A stretch of DNA of 64,000 nt, from positions 1 to 64,000 of the forward strand of contig JAYRXR010000207.1 in assembly GCA_041917435.1 (NCBI GenBank), in the 5' to 3' direction. Under the pieces are notes generated by a model, which was given only the letters and a program-made list of their open reading frames with translations, was not told the DNA's origin and did no database searches. This DNA comes from Actinomycetota bacterium (lineage in GTDB: Bacteria > Acidobacteriota > Blastocatellia > Chloracidobacteriales > Chloracidobacteriaceae). Shown here one piece after another: positions 47,456 through 57,280 of this stretch; position 1 is the stretch's first letter, and every line of letters starts with the position of its first letter. The position numbers and the translations under genes were made by a program.

Positions 47456-47508
47456 TCACATCCGGGCAGTTTCAGGAGCCCAAGGAAGGGCTGTCTTCAA
47501 TCTCAGGT

Positions 47509-48309
47509 TTACTTCGCCGATACCGCTTTCTCGGCAAGCAGGTTCAACACGCGCTCGACATCCTCGGGGGTATCCACCCCGGGCGAGGAATGCCGGGTTT
47601 CCACAACGCGAATCGGAAAACCGTGATGCAGCGCCCGAAGCTGTTCCAGCGCCTCGACGGTTTCGAGCGGCGCGGGCGGCAACCCGGCGAAACGCAATAA
47701 AAAGGAGCGACGATACACGTAGAGGCCGGTGTGTTTCCACCATCTTCCGCTTTCAACCGTCGTTCCGGGGACGAGCGGGTCGGCCCGGTCATAGGGAATC
47801 GGCGCGCGCGAAAAATAGAGCGCGTCGCCCCGATCATTCCGTATCACCTTGACGATATTGGGGTTGAGGATGTCATCCGCCGCGGTGAGTGGTTCGCAGG
47901 TGGTGGCCATCGGCAATTCCGGATCGACCAGCAGGGGGCGGATGGCGGCGTCGATGGTTTCGGGCGAAATGAGCGGTTCGTCGCCCTGTACGTTGACGAC
48001 GATGTCGCAATCGAGCGCGGCGGCGACTTCGGCGAGGCGGTCCGTGCCGGTGGCGTGATCGGGGCTAGTCAGCACCGCTTCCACGCCGTATTTGCGGGCG
48101 ACGCCGAGAATCCGCTCGTCGTCGGTCGCGATGATGACGCGCGAAACAAGCCGGGCCTGGCGCGCGCGTTCGCACACGCGGATGACCATCGGCGTTCCGG
48201 CCAGTTCGATGAGCGGTTTGCCGGGCAGACGGGTCGAGGCGTAGCGAGCGGGAATGATCGCGACGGCGGAGGGATTGGAGGAAGTCAGTTTGAAGGCCGT
48301 GGGTGTCAC
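47509..48309 (-). CDS. kdsB: 3-deoxy-manno-octulosonate cytidylyltransferase
   Basis: VAIIPARYASTRLPGKPL and the GTDR and QGDEP motifs are present. Confidence 0.8.
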   Translation of the reverse strand: MTPTAFKLTSSNPSAVAIIPARYASTRLPGKPLIELAGTPMVIRVCERARQARLVSRVIIATDDERILGVARKYGVEAVLTSPDHATGTDRLAEVAAALDCDIVVNVQGDEPLISPETIDAAIRPLLVDPELPMATTCEPLTAADDILNPNIVKVIRNDRGDALYFSRAPIPYDRADPLVPGTTVESGRWWKHTGLYVYRRSFLLRFAGLPPAPLETVEALEQLRALHHGFPIRVVETRHSSPGVDTPEDVERVLNLLAEKAVSAK

Positions 48310-48457
48310 GGGCCGTCACGATAGCCCAAGCCGCGAAGACCGCGCAAACCGGAACCCGAAATTCCGGAAAAAAACGGCTCGGGAGAATTTTTTCCAGTCA
48401 CGCCGCGTGATAGGGTGGCGTCGCCTCCGAAACGTCCGTCCCGAAGGGACCCCGGCC

Positions 48458-49402
48458 ATGGAAATTCTTTTTTTCGGAACGAGTTCCGCCGTACCGACCC
48501 GCAGTCGCAACGTTTCGGGCCTCGGATTCAAACCGACGCCCCGGCGCGAATGGTGGCTCTTCGATTGCGGAGAAGGCACCCAGCACCGGGTTCAGCAATC
48601 GAACTACTCGCTGGCCGATCTGACGAAGATTTTCATCACCCATATGCACGGGGACCACGTGCTTGGCCTGCCGGGCCTGCTGGCGAGCGCCGGGATGGGC
48701 GGACGCCGCGACCGGCTGGATCTGTTCGGCCCGCCGGAACTCCCCGAATTCGTCGAACATTCCCTGAGACTGACCCAGACCTATCTGCCCTACCCGACCA
48801 ACTTCCATGACATTTCGGAAGGATTCATCTGGGAGGACGACCGTCTGACGGTTACGTCCGAGGCCTTGAAACACCGGGTACCGGCCTATGGCTACCGGGT
48901 CGCGGAAAAACATTCGACCGGGCGCTTTCTGGTCGAAAAGGCGCGTGAACTCGGAATTCCCGTCGGCCCGGTCTACACCCGGCTGAAACGCGGGGAAACC
49001 GTAACGCTCGACGATGGCCGGACCATCGACGGACGCGACCTGTGCGAAGACCTGCGCCCTGGCCGGGTGTTCGCCTACTGTACCGACACGACCTACTGCG
49101 AAGCGTCGATCCGGCTGGCGCGGCACGCGGACGTACTCGTCCACGAATGCACATACCTCAACGCGGATGAAAAACGCGCCGTTGAATCCACCCATTCGAC
49201 CGCCGGGATGGCCGGCCGGGTGGCCCGGGAGGCCGAAGCCCTGCGACTGATCGTCACGCATTTCAGCGCCCGGTACAGCGAAGAGGGCGACCCCGCCTTC
49301 CTGACCCTGCTCGACGAGGCGCGGGCGGAATTTCCGCGAACCGAAGCGGCCCGCGAACTCACCCCCTACGCCATTACCGGAAGGATGAAGGATGAAGGAT
49401 GA
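48458..49402 (+). CDS. rnz: ribonuclease Z (MBL-fold tRNA 3'-processing endonuclease)
   Basis: Start at ATG 48458 (MEILFFGTSSAVPT). Contains the HxHxDH motif (HMHGDH). The 3' end runs into the ggatgaa repeat. Confidence 0.7.
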   Translation: MEILFFGTSSAVPTRSRNVSGLGFKPTPRREWWLFDCGEGTQHRVQQSNYSLADLTKIFITHMHGDHVLGLPGLLASAGMGGRRDRLDLFGPPELPEFVEHSLRLTQTYLPYPTNFHDISEGFIWEDDRLTVTSEALKHRVPAYGYRVAEKHSTGRFLVEKARELGIPVGPVYTRLKRGETVTLDDGRTIDGRDLCEDLRPGRVFAYCTDTTYCEASIRLARHADVLVHECTYLNADEKRAVESTHSTAGMAGRVAREAEALRLIVTHFSARYSEEGDPAFLTLLDEARAEFPRTEAARELTPYAITGRMKDEG

Positions 49403-49525
49403 AGGATGAAGGATGAAGGATGAAGGATGAAGGATGAAGGACCGTCAGGTTTCGACTCCGGCTTGTCAAGAATTTTTCAACCCGAATCAGACTTTTCTTC
49501 ACTTCATCGTTCATCATTCATCGTT
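49381..49525. repeat. STR-armed hairpin: 8 x ggatgaa then complementary ttcatc arm
   Basis: (ggatgaa)x8 at 49381-49438 overlaps the last codons of rnz. cttcacttcatcgttcatcattcatcg lies at 49496-49522. Confidence 0.6.
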
Positions 49526-49545
49526 TTCTTGACTCCAGACTTTTT

Positions 49546-50391
49546 TCAGTTCGTTCGCGAATACGACTTCACGCGGCTGAGAAACTGGTTGATGTCAGCC
49601 AGAACCTCGCCGTGTGAATCGAGGGCGAAAAGGTTGAGCTTCAAGGCCTGTTCGAGATGCTGTTCCGGCTTCAGCTCGACGCCGAGCGACCCCTTCGGGA
49701 AAAACTCGGACCGTAGAACCGACAGGTGGTAGGCGTTTTTTCCGCCATTGTCGGTGTTTTCATCCCGCCAGCCGAAAAAAACGTAACAGGCTTTGTCGCC
49801 CCTGATCAAAAGGAACATTTCAACGGCGTCGAAGGTCCCGATGAACCGCGATTCGTCCGAGGCGAGGATGTCCCGCGGGCTTTCCGGCGCGGGCGTCGGG
49901 GTTGTCCTGAAGGAGTTGGCAATCCGGCTGTTCAGGCGCTTGTCGGCGGAAACAACCGCCACATTGCGGAGTTTTTCGGGCGGCGAGATGGTCCCGAACA
50001 GCGCCGAAACCTCGTCGTAGTCCTTCTTTACCTCAAGGTACAGGGCGACCATCGGCTTGTAGTTGGGAGAATTCGGGTTTGTCCGGTAGACGCGGCTGAT
50101 CTGGTCGTAGCAACCGGTGAGCTTCCGGTACAAATCGTCAATCCGGCCACGATACCCGGCGAAGGCGGTCTGATACCCGTTGAAATCCACTGACTGTGGA
50201 TTCGGTCGGGTCAACATCCCGGTTTTCAAATCGATTTCGGTTTTGAGCTTTGCGAGTTGCTCGCGAATGCCCTGAAGGTTTCCCAGAACCTGTGACTCGG
50301 CAACGACCTCCCCGTTTTGGGCGGGCGTTGACGGCGCACCTGAAAAAATCCACGCGACAACCAGAAAGAACACGAGAAAGCGATGCCTCAT
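49546..50391 (-). CDS. secreted hypothetical protein
   Basis: Signal peptide (MRHRFLVFFLVVAWIFSGAPSTPAQ). No family was recognised. Confidence 0.4.
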   Translation of the reverse strand: MRHRFLVFFLVVAWIFSGAPSTPAQNGEVVAESQVLGNLQGIREQLAKLKTEIDLKTGMLTRPNPQSVDFNGYQTAFAGYRGRIDDLYRKLTGCYDQISRVYRTNPNSPNYKPMVALYLEVKKDYDEVSALFGTISPPEKLRNVAVVSADKRLNSRIANSFRTTPTPAPESPRDILASDESRFIGTFDAVEMFLLIRGDKACYVFFGWRDENTDNGGKNAYHLSVLRSEFFPKGSLGVELKPEQHLEQALKLNLFALDSHGEVLADINQFLSRVKSYSRTN

Positions 50392-50530
50392 GTGACCCTC
50401 CAACCGAAAATATCAGGGGCTGAACGGATTTTTCTTGGGTAACGTTACGATGGAGTAAAATGGTCATCGTTCACATGTTAAAAAACAGTCATTTTTCCGG
50501 AAAAAACTCTTTTTTCCAGAAGATACTTTT

Positions 50531-50570
50531 AAAAAAACAGAAACCCCGTTCGCGGCGAGCACGAACGGGG
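50531..50570 (-). terminator. intrinsic terminator of TonB-receptor gene
   Basis: On the minus strand: ccccgttcgtgctcgccgcgaacgggg followed by tttctgttttttt. Confidence 0.55.
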
Positions 50571-50605
50571 CCTGGCTTTCCGGCAAAGGCCGGGCAATCG
50601 GCGGA

Positions 50606-53137
50606 TTAGAAATTGATGCCGAAGTCGATCCGGAAAAACCGGCGGTAATTCGCGAAGAACGTGCCGAACTGGGGCGCGGCGTTGTTGGCGAACACGTTGC
50701 GCGGGTTGAAGTGGTTCGTCACGTTGAAGATCGACACCGTGAACTGCGCCGACTTGATGTCCGCCTTCTTTCCGAAAAGGTTCGGCTTGAGCCATTCGGG
50801 AATCTTGACGGTCTTGGTCACGGCGACGTCGAGCGAGAAGAAGTTCGGATACCGGACGTTGTCGGCGTTCCGGTTGCCGATGAAGTTCTGCTGCTGGTCG
50901 CGCAGCGAATAGGGGAAACCGTCGCGCCACTCGATGATCGGCGCGAACGTCAGCCCGAAGGGAGCTTCAAACCGTCCTCGCGCGAAAAAGCGGTTCGGCG
51001 TGTCCACGTTCGCGTTGGCGAACTGGTCGGGCCGAATCACCGGGTCGGGAAAATCGCCGAAGTAGGAAATGAAATCGTTCAACTGGCCGCGCGCCTTGCT
51101 CCGCGTATAGGAGACGGTCAGCTCATGTTCCCGCGTGAACTTGATGTCGGCGGTCGCGTCAAACGCCTTGTACGTTGCCTTCCCGGTATTGAACAGGCGG
51201 ACAAACCCGGCGTTTCCGTTGTTGAACGGCGAGATGAAAAGGTCGTCAAAGGTACGACTGTCCGTGTAACCAAGCCGGAGCAGCACCCGGTCGGTGAATT
51301 TCTGGGCAAACTCGAAGCGGAGCGAGCTGTTGTAGGGCACTCGGAAATCCGCGCCACTGCGTACGTTGGTGGGATTGCGGGCAATCTGATTCACAAACGT
51401 CCGGGGACCGTCCACGACCGTCACGCCATCCGCCCCAAAGGTGGTGACAATCTGGTTCGGCAGGCTCCGGAACGCCAGCGCATTGAGGAGAATCTTGTCG
51501 TAAAACAGCCCGTAACCGACACGGAACACTGAATTTCCGCTCTTCCCTGGCGAGTAGGAAAGCCCGACGCGCGGGGCGAGATTGACCGTCGTCGCCGCCT
51601 GCTGCGTTTCAATCCGCAAACCGTAATCGAGTTGAAGATTGGGAAGAATCTGCCACTGGTCCTGCGCGTAGCCCGAAACCTCGATGTTGTCGGCGCTCAG
51701 GTCGCCGACCCGACCGTACTCGATGCGCTGCGCGAGCGTCCCGTCCTGCCGCCGGATTTCAACCGGACGGTTGGTGACGGTGCCGCGATTGCGCATGGCG
51801 TTCACGTCGAACCCGAACTTGACCCGGTGACGGCCGAACGCCTGGATTTCCTGCATCGTGTAGGAACTTTGAACCTGATACCGCTCGGTCACGCGGTCGG
51901 TTGTGCTGAAGAAGTTGCCCGTTCGCCCGACCGGCGTGATGACCATCGTTGCCGGACCGTTTCCGAACACGTCGTTGTCGATCCGCTTGTAGCTGAAAAT
52001 GGTTTCCACAGCGGCCCCGTTTTCACGGAAATAGCGGTGTGTTCCCGAAAACCCGATATCGTCGCCACGCATGTTCGGCGCCACCGGCTGCGGATTGAAG
52101 AAGTCGAGTCCAAGAAATCGCGTGTTCCGGCGGGCGAAGTTCACCGTCGCGGTGATGGACTGCTTCGGCGAAACGATGAAGTCGAACTGTGAAAAGCTGC
52201 GGAAGGCGCGCTTGCGGATTTCATTGTTCGGATTGGGCAGCCCGCGCACCGGCGACTTGTCCACGATGAATTCGAGTCCCTGCGAGAAGAACACCTTGTC
52301 CTTGACGAGCGGGCCGGAAAAGTTCACGCGGGGCGACACATTGGCGAAGCCGAACAGCTTCCCGCCACGAAAACGCGGCTCCGGAAAAAGATCATTGAAT
52401 CCGAATTCCCACTTGGGGCTGCCGCCGCGGGTCTCGATTTTGACGACGCCGGACGTGAACCGGCCATATTCGGGCAAAAACGGATTGGTGAAAATCTGGG
52501 TGCTTTCGACGGCTTCGAGCGGAATGTTCACCACTGGCGCGCCAGTCGCGGGATCACCGAAAATCTGGCCGTTGACGATGGTGGAGGACTGGTCTTCGCG
52601 GCCGCCCTTGATGCTCGTCCCGATGCCCGTCCGGACCACGCCCGGCGTCGGAGGAAATGAGGTCAGAATGTCGCGTCCTTCCACGGGGAGCGTCCGGATT
52701 TCCTTCGGCGTGAACTTCCCGGCGGGGGCTGACGAGCCTTCTTCAATGAGGGGCTTGTCTTTCGGAATGGCGTTCACGTCAATCACTTCCTCTTTTATCA
52801 ACCCGATCGGGAACTCGGCTTCCAGCCCCGCCTCGACGACATATTCAGGGTCTTCCTGAGCCTGAAAATCCTTGGCCGAGATTTTCATGGTGTATTTGCC
52901 TGGAACCAACTCGGAAAACGTCGCTTTCCCGTCCTTGTCGACTTTTTTGACCACCGGCGGACTCGGCGGATTGCCGTTTTTGGTCAAGGTCACCGTGGCA
53001 TCGGCAATCGGCTTGCCGTCGGCGCCGTTGGTGACGATGAAAATGACGGTGCCGGTCTTCACCTGCTGGGCGAAGGCGACGAGCGGGGCCGACGGCAGGA
53101 AGGAAATGGCGAGCAAAAGAGCAAGCGCGATACGCAT
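50606..53137 (-). CDS. TonB-dependent receptor-like outer-membrane protein with N-terminal carboxypeptidase-regulatory domain
   Basis: Signal peptide, a CarbopepD_reg-like N-terminal domain, a plug domain, a ~22-strand barrel and a C-terminal aromatic residue (INF). Confidence 0.65.
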   Translation of the reverse strand: MRIALALLLAISFLPSAPLVAFAQQVKTGTVIFIVTNGADGKPIADATVTLTKNGNPPSPPVVKKVDKDGKATFSELVPGKYTMKISAKDFQAQEDPEYVVEAGLEAEFPIGLIKEEVIDVNAIPKDKPLIEEGSSAPAGKFTPKEIRTLPVEGRDILTSFPPTPGVVRTGIGTSIKGGREDQSSTIVNGQIFGDPATGAPVVNIPLEAVESTQIFTNPFLPEYGRFTSGVVKIETRGGSPKWEFGFNDLFPEPRFRGGKLFGFANVSPRVNFSGPLVKDKVFFSQGLEFIVDKSPVRGLPNPNNEIRKRAFRSFSQFDFIVSPKQSITATVNFARRNTRFLGLDFFNPQPVAPNMRGDDIGFSGTHRYFRENGAAVETIFSYKRIDNDVFGNGPATMVITPVGRTGNFFSTTDRVTERYQVQSSYTMQEIQAFGRHRVKFGFDVNAMRNRGTVTNRPVEIRRQDGTLAQRIEYGRVGDLSADNIEVSGYAQDQWQILPNLQLDYGLRIETQQAATTVNLAPRVGLSYSPGKSGNSVFRVGYGLFYDKILLNALAFRSLPNQIVTTFGADGVTVVDGPRTFVNQIARNPTNVRSGADFRVPYNSSLRFEFAQKFTDRVLLRLGYTDSRTFDDLFISPFNNGNAGFVRLFNTGKATYKAFDATADIKFTREHELTVSYTRSKARGQLNDFISYFGDFPDPVIRPDQFANANVDTPNRFFARGRFEAPFGLTFAPIIEWRDGFPYSLRDQQQNFIGNRNADNVRYPNFFSLDVAVTKTVKIPEWLKPNLFGKKADIKSAQFTVSIFNVTNHFNPRNVFANNAAPQFGTFFANYRRFFRIDFGINF

Positions 53138-53151
53138 ATGAACGAATATCC

Positions 53152-54039
53152 TCATTTTTGAACCTTTTCCGCCCCGAGCGCGACCCGGAAGGCTTTTCCG
53201 AGGGCCTGCCCGGCCGGGCGGAGGTTCTTTAAAAACCTGGCCGAATCAATCGGACTCGAAACCAGCGCGGCGATCATTTTCAAATAGCGGACGTTGAAAT
53301 CCGCGTCGAACGCCGCGTTCATCTCCGGGAGATCGTGGCGGGCATCGTCGCTGACGACCCGCACCACGCCGACCCGAAGGCCGAACTCATGTGCGGTGGA
53401 AAGAATCGAGTGGCTTTCCATATCCACCGTCAATCCGCCGTACGTTTCAAACAGCCGACGTTTTTCCGCCGTACTGCAAATCACGCGGTTGGTCGTGACG
53501 CCCCGACCGCGGTGAAAGGTTGTTTTCGACCCGGCGAAATGTTTCTCCAGCCGGGCGGTCAGGTCGGCATCACAGGTCATGGAATCACCCGTTTCGGCCA
53601 CAATTTCAGGACAAATGACGGTTCCCCCAAAGGAAATTTCAGGAGAAAGCGCCCCACTGATACCGACTATCAAAACGTCGTTTTCGGTATTCCGTTCAAA
53701 AACCTGCCGTGCGACGCGGGCGGCGTTGGTCGGTCCCATGTCGGTTTGAAAGAGCTGAAACGTCATCTTGCCGACCCTGCCCCGACCGGATTTCCGCGAT
53801 TCGGGGTCCCCGCGCCATTCGTCGGACGCCTCCGCGACGGCCTTGAATTCTCCGTCGGTCGCCACGAATACGGTCAGTGGAAGGGGCGCGGATTCGGTGG
53901 CGAGACTGGACACGATGCTTGTTTCGGACCTTCCGGCGAAATATAAAGCGAACATCATACGAGTTCCGGCGACCGTCAGGCAATCAAAGCCGCTCTTTTC
54001 GGGTTCAAACGGCCGCTTCCAACTCGCGAAAGCAATCAC
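53152..54039 (-). CDS. PNP/MTA-nucleosidase-family protein (HpnG-like hopanoid-associated phosphorylase)
   Basis: Shows the PNP_UDP_1 family pattern (GPTNAARVARQ...VLIVGISGAL, DMESHS). It is divergent from hpnI. The start is uncertain (alternative MMFALY...). Confidence 0.5.
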   Translation of the reverse strand: MIAFASWKRPFEPEKSGFDCLTVAGTRMMFALYFAGRSETSIVSSLATESAPLPLTVFVATDGEFKAVAEASDEWRGDPESRKSGRGRVGKMTFQLFQTDMGPTNAARVARQVFERNTENDVLIVGISGALSPEISFGGTVICPEIVAETGDSMTCDADLTARLEKHFAGSKTTFHRGRGVTTNRVICSTAEKRRLFETYGGLTVDMESHSILSTAHEFGLRVGVVRVVSDDARHDLPEMNAAFDADFNVRYLKMIAALVSSPIDSARFLKNLRPAGQALGKAFRVALGAEKVQK

Positions 54040-55209
54040 ATGTTTTACTGGATTTCGCTCGCCTTCCTCGTCGCGTTGGGCATCCCGACGCTGGGCGGCA
54101 TGGCCTATTTCGGCCTCGCCATTTTTTCAACCCTCACGTATCACCTGAGGCACGCCGCGACGCCTCCGAGCGTCCCGTTGCCGCCCATGACGCTGCTCAA
54201 ACCCCTGCGCGGGGCGGAAGCGGGCCTCGAAACCTGCCTGAAAAGCTTTTTCGAACAGACTTATCCGGAATTCGAACTTCTGTTCGCCGTCCGGACAGCC
54301 GACGACCCGGCGGTCGAGGTCGTCAACCGCCTTATTGAACAATTCCCCGATGTCCCGGCCCGCCTGCTCCTGACCGGGCAGCCGCCCTACGCAAACGCCA
54401 AGGTCTTCAGCATGCGGACGATGACGGAAGCGGCGAAGCACGACATTTTCATCATCACCGACAGCGACACGCTGGTCGGGTCGAACTACCTTATGGCAAT
54501 GGCCCGCGCCTTTGCCGATAAAAAGGTCGGCGCGGTCACGAACCTCTATCGCGGCGCGGAAGGGACGGATTTCTGGGCGAAACTCGAAGCGCTCGGGATG
54601 TCCACCGAATTCATGGCCGGCGTGGTGGTCGCGGAACGGCTTGAAGGAATGAAATTCGCGCTCGGCCCATCGATGGCGATTCGCCGTCAGTGCCTCGCCG
54701 ACATCGGCGGCTTCGAGGCGATGAAGGATTATCTGGCGGACGATTTCGTTCTCGGCCACTGGGCCGACCGCGCCGGGTGGAAAGTGAAACTGTCGCCGTA
54801 CGTCGTGGACCACCTCGCGACGACCGCCGGATTCGGCCCGACCTTCGCCCACCGCCTGCGCTGGAACCGAAGCAGCCGTTTTTCACGTCCCGACGGCTAC
54901 ATCGGGCAGGGTTTTACTTACGGCTTGGTCTGGGCGATGTTTTTCGCCCTGGCCGCGCCGCCGATCATCGGCCTTCCGGCTCTCGCCGCTTCCCTGACCC
55001 TCCGGATCATTCTCGCGCTCGCGCTCGGCCTCGTCCTGCTCGAAGACCGGACGGTCCCCTTCCGGCTCTGGATGCTTCCACTTCAGGACCTGACGAGCTG
55101 GACGACCTGGGTCGGCGGGTTTCTCGGGAAAACCGTCCTCTGGCGCGGCGAACGCTACCAACTGCTTGCGGAAGGCCGATTTGCGCCGCTTTCCCGGAAC
55201 GCGGAATGA
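54040..55209 (+). CDS. hpnI: hopanoid-associated GT2 glycosyltransferase
   Basis: Has a ceramide-glucosyltransferase-like GT2 fold with the DSD motif (ITDSDT). An N-terminal TM is followed by C-terminal TM helices. The length is ~390 aa. Confidence 0.6.
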   Translation: MFYWISLAFLVALGIPTLGGMAYFGLAIFSTLTYHLRHAATPPSVPLPPMTLLKPLRGAEAGLETCLKSFFEQTYPEFELLFAVRTADDPAVEVVNRLIEQFPDVPARLLLTGQPPYANAKVFSMRTMTEAAKHDIFIITDSDTLVGSNYLMAMARAFADKKVGAVTNLYRGAEGTDFWAKLEALGMSTEFMAGVVVAERLEGMKFALGPSMAIRRQCLADIGGFEAMKDYLADDFVLGHWADRAGWKVKLSPYVVDHLATTAGFGPTFAHRLRWNRSSRFSRPDGYIGQGFTYGLVWAMFFALAAPPIIGLPALAASLTLRIILALALGLVLLEDRTVPFRLWMLPLQDLTSWTTWVGGFLGKTVLWRGERYQLLAEGRFAPLSRNAE

Positions 55210-55212
55210 AGA

Positions 55213-55340
55213 GGAAATGCGGAATGCGGAATATCGAATGCGGAATAGCAATTTTTAGAGTAAAAAGCCGGGTTTCGAACTTCCTGACTTGAAAAATGGT
55301 TCGAAAATTCCGCATTCGATATTCCGCATTCCGCATTTTT
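55213..55340. repeat. STR-armed hairpin (gcggaat family)
   Basis: gaaatgcggaatgcggaatatcgaatgcggaat ... gaaaattccgcattcgatattccgcattccgcattttt. Confidence 0.5.
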
Positions 55341-55342
55341 CA

Positions 55343-57172
55343 ATGACCGCCCCTGCCCCGAACCCCCGCGCTTTTCCCGTTCGCTTCGACGTCGCCATCC
55401 TGCTGGTGGCGTCCATCGTTTTTCTTTCCGCCTGTTTTTCACCGCCGAATCTGATGGACGACGTGGATTCCGCGCAGGTGGCGATTGCCCGGACGATGCT
55501 CGAAACCGGCGACTGGGTGACGATGCGGCTCAACGGCATCGCCTATCTTGAAAAAGCACCGTTGAAATACTGGCTGATCGCCGTTTTCTTCAGGATTTTC
55601 GGCGTCAGCGACTGGGCCGGACGACTTCCCATCGGCCTCGCGACCGTCGGCCTGTGCTGGGTGACCGGACGGTTCACGGCGTGGGCGTTCGGCGCGCGCG
55701 CCGGACTGTACGCCGGGCTGACGCTCGCGGGCGGCCTCGGCCTGTTTCTGTTCACCCGTATTCTGATTCCCGACTCGACGCTCACGCTGACCATCGCCCT
55801 CGCGATGTGGGGATTTCTCCGGTCGCTCGATCCGGATGAAAAAAATCCGCGCCGGTGGTCGTTCATCGCCGCGCTGTGCATTGCCGCCGGGCTGCTCCTG
55901 AAGGGCCTCATCGCCGCCGTGTTCCCGGTCGCGGCGATTTTCCTGTATCTGGCGATTTCGGGGCGACTGCTCGACCGGGAAGTCTGGAAAAAGCTCCATC
56001 CCGTTCAAAACATTGTGGTCATCCTGCTCGTCGCGGCCCCGTGGTTCGTGCTGGCGACGCTCCAGAACCCGCCCTACTTCGTGTTTTCGATGGAGAGCGC
56101 GCCCGGTCAGTACAAGGGCTTTTTCTGGTTCTATTTTTTTAACGAACACATCCTGCGCTTCCTCGGCCGGCGCTATCCGCGCGACTACAACACGGTCCCG
56201 CGGCTGTGGTTCTGGACCTCGCACCTCGTCTGGTTCTTTCCGTGGAGCGCATTCCTTCCCGGCGTGTTCAAACTGGGGTTCACCCGTCGCCCCGAAGATC
56301 GCGAAGGCGCGGCGAAACTGCTCGCGCTGTGCTGGATCGGGTTCGTCATGGTGTTTTTCACGCTTTCGACGACCCAGGAGTACTACTCGCTGCCGATTTA
56401 CCCGGCCGTCGCGATGCTGCTCGGCGCGGCGATGGCGCAGGGCGGGAAAGCGGTCACGTTCGGACGCTGGGCGACGAGCGTCATCGCCGGACTGGCGGCG
56501 CTGGCGTCCGGGTGGATTCTGTTCACCGTTCGGAACATTCCGACGCCCGGCGACATCGCGCAGGCGCTCCAGAAAAGCACGGACGTCTATTCGACCTACA
56601 CGCTGTCGCTCGGCCACATGGGCGATTTGACGTTGAAATCCTTTGCCTACTTGCGGTTACCGCTCGCGCTCGCGGCGGCGGCGTTTCTCGTCGGCGCGGT
56701 CGGCGTCCACATCGGCGCGAAACGGAAGGAGGGCCACCAGCCGTTCGCGGCGCTGGCGGTGATGATGTTGCTCTTTCTGGTGGCGGCGCGGATTGCGATG
56801 GTGGCGTTCGACCCGTATCTCGGCTCGCGCCCGCTCGCGGAAAGCCTCAAAACATCGCTCGCGAGCCAGCCCGGCAAGGTTGTCGTGGACAACCAGTACT
56901 ACGCCTTCTCGTCGGTTTTCTTTTACGCCGACCTGAAATCCGCCCTGCTGCTCAACGGACGCACCACCAACCTCGAATACGGCTCGAACGCCCCCGGCGC
57001 GCCCGACGTGTTTCTCGACGACCCGAAATTCCGCGAACTGTGGATGAAGCCCGAACGGGTCTACCTGCTGGTGGAGGACGTCAATCTGCCCCGAATCGAA
57101 AAACTCGTCGGGAAGGAAAACCTGAAGAAGGTGGCGTTCAGCGGCGGGAAATATCTGTTCACGAATCAGTAG
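55343..57172 (+). CDS. ArnT/PMT-like (GT39/GT83) membrane glycosyltransferase
   Basis: Start at ATG 55343. It is a ~12-TM protein with an N-terminal DD/DE loop (MDDVDSAQ) and a C-terminal soluble domain. Confidence 0.65.
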   Translation: MTAPAPNPRAFPVRFDVAILLVASIVFLSACFSPPNLMDDVDSAQVAIARTMLETGDWVTMRLNGIAYLEKAPLKYWLIAVFFRIFGVSDWAGRLPIGLATVGLCWVTGRFTAWAFGARAGLYAGLTLAGGLGLFLFTRILIPDSTLTLTIALAMWGFLRSLDPDEKNPRRWSFIAALCIAAGLLLKGLIAAVFPVAAIFLYLAISGRLLDREVWKKLHPVQNIVVILLVAAPWFVLATLQNPPYFVFSMESAPGQYKGFFWFYFFNEHILRFLGRRYPRDYNTVPRLWFWTSHLVWFFPWSAFLPGVFKLGFTRRPEDREGAAKLLALCWIGFVMVFFTLSTTQEYYSLPIYPAVAMLLGAAMAQGGKAVTFGRWATSVIAGLAALASGWILFTVRNIPTPGDIAQALQKSTDVYSTYTLSLGHMGDLTLKSFAYLRLPLALAAAAFLVGAVGVHIGAKRKEGHQPFAALAVMMLLFLVAARIAMVAFDPYLGSRPLAESLKTSLASQPGKVVVDNQYYAFSSVFFYADLKSALLLNGRTTNLEYGSNAPGAPDVFLDDPKFRELWMKPERVYLLVEDVNLPRIEKLVGKENLKKVAFSGGKYLFTNQ

Positions 57173-57280
57173 CCAGTGGTCAGCAGTCAGTGGTCAGTGG
57201 TCAGTAAAAACAGTTTGCTGATCACTGGCCACTGACAACTGGCGACTGGCCACTGGCCACTGGCCACTCCTCACGCCAGC
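57168..57280. repeat. STR-armed hairpin (cagtggt family) between convergent genes
   Basis: cagtagccagtggtcagcagtcagtggtcagtggtcagt ... tcactggccactgacaactggcgactggccactggccactggccactcc. Confidence 0.5.

Noticed and set aside
49427-49732. 101-aa ORF starting inside the ggatgaa repeat
   Set aside because: It is a translation of the repeat and loop and overlaps the downstream minus-strand gene's 3' region. There is no RBS.
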